Virus record (IMG/VR): IMGVR_UViG_3300034072_000758
Coordinates: 1 to 64,000 of that record
DNA length: 64,000 nucleotides
Strand: one strand, 5' to 3'
Part shown: positions 58,102-64,000 of the stretch, piece after piece
Layout of the letters: every line of letters begins with the position of its first letter
Position numbering within the stretch: the stretch's first letter is position 1
The notes under the pieces: model-generated
Database searches by the model: none
The model's input: only the letters and a program-made list of their open reading frames with translations
What the model was told of the DNA's origin: nothing
Program-made: the position numbers and the translations under genes

Positions 58102-58383
58102 GTGGACTTCGTGACCAACGATAACCAAATAGGAGTCAATCCCCGGAAAATCGCCAGCGTCTTGCGCACCAGTCTGTAAGTAAACATTATTGATTTGAAT
58201 CAATCGACCGCCGCTGGTGCGAACGAATTTGTTCACCGCAAGCAGTTCCATAGAAAGCCAATCAGCATTCTCGATAAGTGTCTCGAAGAGTGGCTGGCCC
58301 TCTTCGTTTCGGATAGGTCTTTGAACGCGCCCCGCGCCGTTCTTAACACCCTCGGTTTGATATATTTGATACTTCACTCTCAT
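58063..58383 (-). CDS. Hypothetical protein
   Basis: TTGAAA-18-TATACT 6 nt before the ATG. Confidence 0.6.
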   Translation of the reverse strand: MRVKYQIYQTEGVKNGAGRVQRPIRNEEGQPLFETLIENADWLSMELLAVNKFVRTSGGRLIQINNVYLQTGAQDAGDFPGIDSYLVIVGHEVHLEGSTIEDGKMF

Positions 58384-58405
58384 GAATAAAGTATATCAAA
58401 AACCA

Positions 58406-58807
58406 TTACTGATTTTCAATTAAAAATATATCGCCCATTTCTTTTCTATACTTCTTATAAAAATCCAAATGCTTGGAAATCTTATCATCTAACCCATTCA
58501 AAGGAATATTCATGAGTTTAAGATGATACAAAATATAGAATGTGAAAGCCGCGTAATCCGCCCCACCATGACTACTGGCAGTATTGATCCCAACAAAATG
58601 ATCCACACCAACTAACTTACCCCCAAATGACCAGTCATCATAAAACGTGATGGTTCCGCTTTGACCGGGGAACTTAACCAGATTGAAAGTCAAATTATGC
58701 TGGCTTCCGCTCACCGCTTCTATAGTAAGGTCCGAAAAGATATGCTTCGCGCGCTGCTTGAGCACGGCCAAAATCTTCTTTCCAAAGGCAGGGTATAGCT
58801 TTTTCAT
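58406..58807 (-). CDS. Hypothetical protein
   Basis: TTGACA promoter directly upstream. Confidence 0.6.
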   Translation of the reverse strand: MKKLYPAFGKKILAVLKQRAKHIFSDLTIEAVSGSQHNLTFNLVKFPGQSGTITFYDDWSFGGKLVGVDHFVGINTASSHGGADYAAFTFYILYHLKLMNIPLNGLDDKISKHLDFYKKYRKEMGDIFLIENQ

Positions 58808-58889
58808 ATCCCAAAAGTTGCCTATTTTCTCGTATATGTCAATATGTGGATTTTATTAAAATATGTTTTTTAAAACAATAAATAAAACT

Positions 58890-59258
58890 ATGGATGATGA
58901 AATAACCAAGATCATTGAAAAGTATCCTTTTTTGAGCTATGGGAAAATGCTCGATGAAGAATACTTGGGGATCATTCAAAATTCAGATAACCAGATGCTC
59001 TCGATGTATTGTCTCAATTACATGCCGGTGGAGTTGCGCAAGCAATTCTTGAAATATGGCGAGGAATGGTGGTGGGAGAGTAATCGATCTGTACCAATTA
59101 ATATTTTCATTAAAGATCGATTCAAAGTATATCGCCCCTATCTGAAACATTTCAATAGAAAAGATTTCGATCTACAATGCGGATACGCACTATCTCTCCA
59201 AGAAGCTATAGCAAAACGTGTGCGCACCAAGCAAGTTATTCTTGTGAAGAACATTTAA
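58890..59258 (+). CDS. Late hypothetical protein
   Basis: TAAATA at 58879-58884, 5 nt before ATG; KYPFLS and WWWESNR motifs. Confidence 0.75.
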   Translation: MDDEITKIIEKYPFLSYGKMLDEEYLGIIQNSDNQMLSMYCLNYMPVELRKQFLKYGEEWWWESNRSVPINIFIKDRFKVYRPYLKHFNRKDFDLQCGYALSLQEAIAKRVRTKQVILVKNI

Positions 59259-59376
59259 ATCGAATCGAGCTAAAGCATACGTCAATTCTTCCTCGCGGAA
59301 TTTAGCCAGAGCCGCAACATATCTATAACGTTCCATAAAATCAGGTTCGAATTTGTAAGTGTTATAAAGTAGTTTT

Positions 59377-59661
59377 TCAAGTATGAGTGATCTGGACATT
59401 ATCAAAATCAAAAATAAGAGCTAAGTTATCGAATATATTGTTGTGAGTGTCGAGTATCCAAGTAACATCCGCGTCTCTGTCTTGAAACTTAGCCAAATTC
59501 TCTATATAGCTCCGTTCATGCGGATCAAGAAATTTAAGCCGTGACAGCACCCTATTTTTGCTTTGGGTGATATATATTTTATTCATTGACATCACCTTGG
59601 AGTGGTTCAAAAAGTCGATGATGCTGTTTGAGGAAAAACACTCGGTCCATTTCAACATCAT
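59377..59661 (-). CDS. Hypothetical protein; start uncertain
   Basis: Part of an overlapping minus-strand run; NLAKF motif shared with neighbours. Confidence 0.45.
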   Translation of the reverse strand: MMLKWTECFSSNSIIDFLNHSKVMSMNKIYITQSKNRVLSRLKFLDPHERSYIENLAKFQDRDADVTWILDTHNNIFDNLALIFDFDNVQITHT

Positions 59662-59779
59662 TAAAGCGAGCTAGATTTACAATGGATGAATACACATATG
59701 GAAATATATCCCCATAGGCCCCTTCGCAAGCATAAATCACAACACCTGCTAGAAATTCTTCTTCGGTTTCTTGTATCAT
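59579..59779 (-). CDS. Hypothetical protein
   Basis: ATGA overlap with the upstream gene; NLARF motif. Confidence 0.55.
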   Translation of the reverse strand: MIQETEEEFLAGVVIYACEGAYGDIFPYVYSSIVNLARFNDVEMDRVFFLKQHHRLFEPLQGDVNE

Positions 59780-60567
59780 TGACCCTCATCCGAGTCATAC
59801 GTATCTGGTATCAAATCCATGATCACTAATGTTTCAGCTTCAATCTTGGCGATACCCTCTGGCGTCTTCAAATAATCCATCGCGTCTAAAACAGGCCCGA
59901 AACTGGAAAAATTCTCGTCAGGGACATATACGCTGAAATACACGCGATCCTTCGCTATTGTTCTAGCGCGTTGTTCCTTAGAAGGGAAACAGGACAGCAG
60001 TTCGTCGGGCGATACGTAATGGTGCTCATAATACGGTAGGGTTAGATTGATCTCGAAACCAGTCCCGCCATATGTGCCGTTCGTGTTCGCAAAAATACCG
60101 TTCCATACTCTTTTGCGAGCACTCCATTCTTTTTTAGAAACATTTTCGGGGCAGTCAGTGCTATCCCACCATCCGAACCAAGTAATTTTGTCGGAGGATT
60201 CAATAATGACATTAAGTAAATCCTCTCGTTCAACAATTGGAAACAAATAGAAGTTTCGCTTGTAAGGATAAAGCAAAAGTTTTACTTCGAAATCAATTCG
60301 AGAATCACGATAGCCGGTAACCTTTTGTTCTTTATAATCATTTCGGAACTCGGTTCTGTATTCTGAGCATTCATTTCGAAGAGAACATTCTTCCCCGTCA
60401 ATGAACTTGCGGTCCAATCGGCGTGAGACGGTTTCTGCCATTTGTATGGCGAATAGTTCCTTGGTCTTATCACCGACAACTTTCCGAAGCGCGACCATAT
60501 GATCGTTTAGCTCGAAAATATTCATATCGATTTTGTGGCCTTGGCCCATTCGGATAGACATTATCAC
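59776..60567 (-). CDS. Hypothetical protein
   Basis: WWDSTDCPENVSKKEWSARKRVW motif; TTGACT promoter. Confidence 0.7.
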   Translation of the reverse strand: MIMSIRMGQGHKIDMNIFELNDHMVALRKVVGDKTKELFAIQMAETVSRRLDRKFIDGEECSLRNECSEYRTEFRNDYKEQKVTGYRDSRIDFEVKLLLYPYKRNFYLFPIVEREDLLNVIIESSDKITWFGWWDSTDCPENVSKKEWSARKRVWNGIFANTNGTYGGTGFEINLTLPYYEHHYVSPDELLSCFPSKEQRARTIAKDRVYFSVYVPDENFSSFGPVLDAMDYLKTPEGIAKIEAETLVIMDLIPDTYDSDEGQ

Positions 60568-60656
60568 GCGCTCTTTTTTGATCTCAAAACGCAGTTAATC
60601 AAACTTTCCTTTATAAGTCAAATTATTAAAACCGGCCATTATTACTAAATAATATA

Positions 60657-62255
60657 ATGGACAATCCAGAAGTTGTAAAAAAACCGTATCTTAAGACTAA
60701 AATGACATTAGAACAATGTCATGAATTGGTTCGTTGTACGCACGACTATATTCACTTCATTAAGAATTACGTAAAGATTCAGCACCCGACAGACGGTGTT
60801 GTTCCTTTTGAACCATTTCCATTTCAGTATCGTTTATTTGATAGTTTCGCGCAGAATCGATTCACTATTGCGCTTACAGCACGTCAGATGGGCAAGACGA
60901 CTGTGGCCGCTGCGTTCCTTCTTTGGAAAGCTATGTTTGTGCCTAACTTCAAAATCCTAATCGTGGCCAACACTTACAAACAAGCGTTAGAAATTATGGA
61001 CCGCGTTCGCTTCGCTTATGAGAATCTACCAGATTTTATCCGATGCGGAGCGACTGAATACAATAAGGGTACTGTTACGTTCGACAACGGTTCCCAAATT
61101 ACATCCCGCGCCACTGGCCCAAACTCAACCCGTGGTCTTTCGATCTCGATGTTGTATTGTGACGAGTTCGCGTTCGTTAGCCCGCGTATCGCGGATGACT
61201 TCTGGACATCGGCCCGTCCGGTTCTGGCGACCGGGGGTGGTTGCGTAATCACTTCGACGCCAAAGAACGACGAAGATAAATTCGCACAAATCTGGCGTCA
61301 GGCGCTCGACATATACGATGATAACGGCAATCCAAACGATACTGGATTGGGGAAGAACGGTTTCAAGGCCGTGAAGATCACGTGGGATGAACACCCACTA
61401 CGTGATGAAGAATGGGCCAAGAAAGAGCGCGCCGCCATCGGCGAACAGAAGTTTCTACAGGAATATAATTGTGAGTTCGTATCGGACGACGAAACGTTGG
61501 TCAATTCGATTGTGCTATCTCAGCTTCGAGGACGCGAGCCAGAGTTTTATACGACTACGGTTCGGTGGTTCAAGGAGCCTGAGCCTAACAAGACCTACCT
61601 CGTGGCTCTTGACCCTTGTACGGGGTCTGGGGGCGACCACGCGGCTATTGAGGTCTTCGAGGTAGGCGGTAAAACCGTCAACCAGATTGCCGAATGGCAG
61701 CACAATTTGACCCCGGCGCGGGGTCAGGTAGCATTGCTCATGAATATTTTGAAATTCTTATATAGCAGCCTTCACGATCACCCGGACCAAGAAGGTGACC
61801 CGGAAATCTTCTGGACCTTTGAGAACAACAGCATAGGCGATTCCATTCTTCAAGTTATAGAAGATACCGGAGAAGAAAACTTTCCCGGCATACTTTTGAA
61901 CGAAAAGAAGAAGAAGGGTCAAGTGAAACGAAACAAGCGCGGTCTTTTGACAGACAACCGCCGAAAGCTCGCTGGATGTAACCGCTTAAAATCACTGATT
62001 GAGTCGGCACGTATGACCATCAATAGTAAAAAGCTCCTTAAGGAGTTAAAGAACTTTGTAGCATCAGGCGCATCATATAAGGCGAAGCCGGGTGAGCATG
62101 ATGATCTGGTCATGGGGACTGTCCTGATCGCCAGAATGTTGGACTTGGTGGTCAACTATTCGTTGAACAACATGGATGATCTTAAAGAAGCTATCAACGA
62201 GGACGATGAAGAAGATGCGGGCGGCGGGGATGACCTGTTGCCGGTACTGGTGTAA
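60657..62255 (+). CDS. terL: Terminase large subunit (T4 gp17-like)
   Basis: ARQMGKT Walker A; YCDEFAFV Walker B; TSTP; QEYNCEF; LDP; HDDLVM. Confidence 0.96.
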   Translation: MDNPEVVKKPYLKTKMTLEQCHELVRCTHDYIHFIKNYVKIQHPTDGVVPFEPFPFQYRLFDSFAQNRFTIALTARQMGKTTVAAAFLLWKAMFVPNFKILIVANTYKQALEIMDRVRFAYENLPDFIRCGATEYNKGTVTFDNGSQITSRATGPNSTRGLSISMLYCDEFAFVSPRIADDFWTSARPVLATGGGCVITSTPKNDEDKFAQIWRQALDIYDDNGNPNDTGLGKNGFKAVKITWDEHPLRDEEWAKKERAAIGEQKFLQEYNCEFVSDDETLVNSIVLSQLRGREPEFYTTTVRWFKEPEPNKTYLVALDPCTGSGGDHAAIEVFEVGGKTVNQIAEWQHNLTPARGQVALLMNILKFLYSSLHDHPDQEGDPEIFWTFENNSIGDSILQVIEDTGEENFPGILLNEKKKKGQVKRNKRGLLTDNRRKLAGCNRLKSLIESARMTINSKKLLKELKNFVASGASYKAKPGEHDDLVMGTVLIARMLDLVVNYSLNNMDDLKEAINEDDEEDAGGGDDLLPVLV

Positions 62256-62364
62256 CAATGAAGCTTTCTGACTTTGAAGAGATCAACACGCATGTAAAGT
62301 GGATACCACCATTCAACGGTAATACCGTGTTGTCAATAGAGACGCGGCCATGTTCCGATCTCCC

Positions 62365-62742
62365 TTAGTTTGCGCGATTACCGAAACGCATGTCGCGGAC
62401 GATACCCGAAATGATTGCGAGCTTTTGAATGTCGTCGCCCGAAGCAACCTTTTGGCCGATCTTCGTACCGCTGGCCAGTTGGACCATCCATGTGAAAAGG
62501 AAGTTGTTGAACTCGTCCTTGGGGACATAGGCGGCTTCACCGCGCTCGAACAGATATTCGATGATGTCCGAATAGACGCTGATCCAGAGATTGTTTTCGG
62601 TAATCTGATCGAACAGACCTTGGCGAGCATCACCCGCATTCTGAGACAGTTGAGCAATAACACGTTCCGAAACCTTCGCGGTGTCGGCTTGGAGAGTAGT
62701 GATGGCGGCTTTGATGTCAGCGAGCGGGATCATAACAGTCAT
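62365..62742 (-). CDS. Early hypothetical protein
   Basis: TTGACA promoter and AGGAG SD. Confidence 0.7.
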   Translation of the reverse strand: MTVMIPLADIKAAITTLQADTAKVSERVIAQLSQNAGDARQGLFDQITENNLWISVYSDIIEYLFERGEAAYVPKDEFNNFLFTWMVQLASGTKIGQKVASGDDIQKLAIISGIVRDMRFGNRAN

Positions 62743-62814
62743 AAATCAATCTCCTATATTTTATTCGATGATTTATAGTAACACAGACCGATATATTGTC
62801 AAGCTATCAACAAA

Positions 62815-63165
62815 CTATTCTGGATAAAATTCCCAAAAATCTTCTTCGCTGTCAGTTGTGGTTACGACCTTGGAGTATTTAATGTAGTATGTTGGGTATT
62901 GTTCTTCATCACACCAGAATTTGATCATTTCTGGTATCTTGGCTTTACGTTCTTCTTCCGGTAAAGCTTGTAGGTGTGGCCAGCCAGTGAAATCAGCAGC
63001 TTCAAACCTAGCTTTCATGTTAGAAAGGCGCTGACGAAGCTCCGTAACCGTTTCTACTATGTATTCCTCAGCAGACTTGCGCGTCTGAAAACTACTGACG
63101 AAAATAGGGCCGCAAACATTTGAGTGATACACGTCATACTTTATAACGGTTGTTATTTCATGCAT
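62815..63165 (-). CDS. Hypothetical protein
   Basis: 116-aa ORF in a minus-strand operon. Confidence 0.6.
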   Translation of the reverse strand: MHEITTVIKYDVYHSNVCGPIFVSSFQTRKSAEEYIVETVTELRQRLSNMKARFEAADFTGWPHLQALPEEERKAKIPEMIKFWCDEEQYPTYYIKYSKVVTTTDSEEDFWEFYPE

Positions 63166-63326
63166 CTCAACGCAGCCTTTTTCGCTTCTTCAACGGATGA
63201 ATATATCACACCGTTGAAGCTGATACCATAGGGGGAGGACACAACTGCGCGCTGTTCAAAGGCACCGGGATGCGTATAGATGATCGCGTTGCCTTTGCGC
63301 TTTTTAGACCACTCAACTTCGGACAT
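63153..63326 (-). CDS. Small hypothetical protein (57 aa, not in ORF track)
   Basis: GGAG SD; MSEVEWSKKRKG...SSVEEAKKAALRCMK*. Confidence 0.55.
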   Translation of the reverse strand: MSEVEWSKKRKGNAIIYTHPGAFEQRAVVSSPYGISFNGVIYSSVEEAKKAALRCMK

Positions 63327-63456
63327 TCATATTCTCCAAAGATGATATTCATCAAAGTGAAAAGTAAGCCCAAAAAGCACGAGGGTGATTCTGACTATAT
63401 CTATGTTGTCTTCCGGGTAAATTATTCGACTGTCGGTCAGTGAGAATAGTTTCATA

Positions 63457-63984
63457 TCACAGCCCCGGAATTTTCACCCTGTAGGTATCGGCGATATGGA
63501 TCAAGGCTTCGACATTACCCTTAGCATCATCTACCGGATCATGGGTATGCTTCGTCTTGCGGAACTTCTTCCACTTGCTTGAGGCGAACCAATCTTTCTC
63601 CAACCCAGCATAGAAGTTGCCAATACGATGGCCAGAGAACCCGAACGGATTCTTGATGTCGTACAAGGCAAAATAATAGTTGGGCCACATCCAGTCATAA
63701 GCCAGATTGTCCGAGATAAACATCGGACGACCATCGCTGGTATCTTTCAGAAAAGCTTCGAGGTCTCGGATACCGATCTCAGGATCGGGGAACGCCTCAT
63801 GTTCTTCTCTTGTGATGTTTGAAATAGCCAAAGCTTCTGGAACCCATTTATCGGAAATGGGGGCGAAATCTGCGCGGAAGGTTGTTTTCATCTGACGATC
63901 AACTCGGACCAACCCGATGGAAACCATCGAATACAATCCCGGCGCAGGACCATCACCTTCAATATCTACAACATATAAACTCAT
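63457..63984 (-). CDS. DEDDh 3'-5' exonuclease
   Basis: VDIEGDGP, AYD and HDPVDDA motifs. Confidence 0.85.
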   Translation of the reverse strand: MSLYVVDIEGDGPAPGLYSMVSIGLVRVDRQMKTTFRADFAPISDKWVPEALAISNITREEHEAFPDPEIGIRDLEAFLKDTSDGRPMFISDNLAYDWMWPNYYFALYDIKNPFGFSGHRIGNFYAGLEKDWFASSKWKKFRKTKHTHDPVDDAKGNVEALIHIADTYRVKIPGL

Positions 63985-64000
63985 GTGCGTATCTTAGCGC

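Noticed and set aside
1-64000. Stop-codon reassignment, suggested by the many translation genes
   Set aside because: Conserved genes are full length in the standard code, and TAA, TGA and TAG all end genes at expected positions (clpP ends in TAG, for example).
1-64000. CRISPR array, tRNA genes, integrase or transposase
   Set aside because: I saw no regularly spaced repeats, cloverleaf signatures or recombinase motifs by eye; a tRNAscan-SE run would confirm.

Overview
This is a 64-kb slice of a large (probably jumbo) T4-superfamily-like myophage genome. An alphaproteobacterial host is inferred from the SmpB, CCA-adding enzyme, TrpRS and NYN-like sequences. Core phage genes include primase, gp41/DnaB helicase, gp17-like large terminase, rIIA/rIIB, a gp26/gp51-like hub-chaperone pair, dUTPase, dCMP deaminase, PhoH, a MoxR AAA+/VWA pair and a 2464-aa Ig-repeat fibre. 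There is also a large translation, tRNA-repair and proteostasis kit: Def, YqeY, SmpB, ClpS, ClpP, Thg1-like, IF-1, CCA-adding enzyme, TrpRS and an HNH-RNA ligase. The most interesting signals are: (1) a separately promoted and terminated ~176-nt rod-shaped ncRNA with 6S-RNA-like architecture at 46.5-46.7 kb; (2) a late programme in which TAAATA lies exactly 5 nt before the ATG in nine cases, implying leaderless mRNAs; (3) proteins with a T4-CTS-like N-terminal tag, including an Acb1 anti-CBASS homologue and an ADP-ribosyltransferase-like protein, which may be capsid-packaged cargo; (4) a small protein ending in -AGG coupled to a Cys/His partner near a Prok-RING protein, a candidate ubiquitin-like system; (5) a T-TTT-TTC -1 frameshift site joining the gp26- and gp51-like ORFs. 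I found no tRNA, tmRNA, rRNA or CRISPR array. All assignments come from motif recognition by eye; no searches were run.
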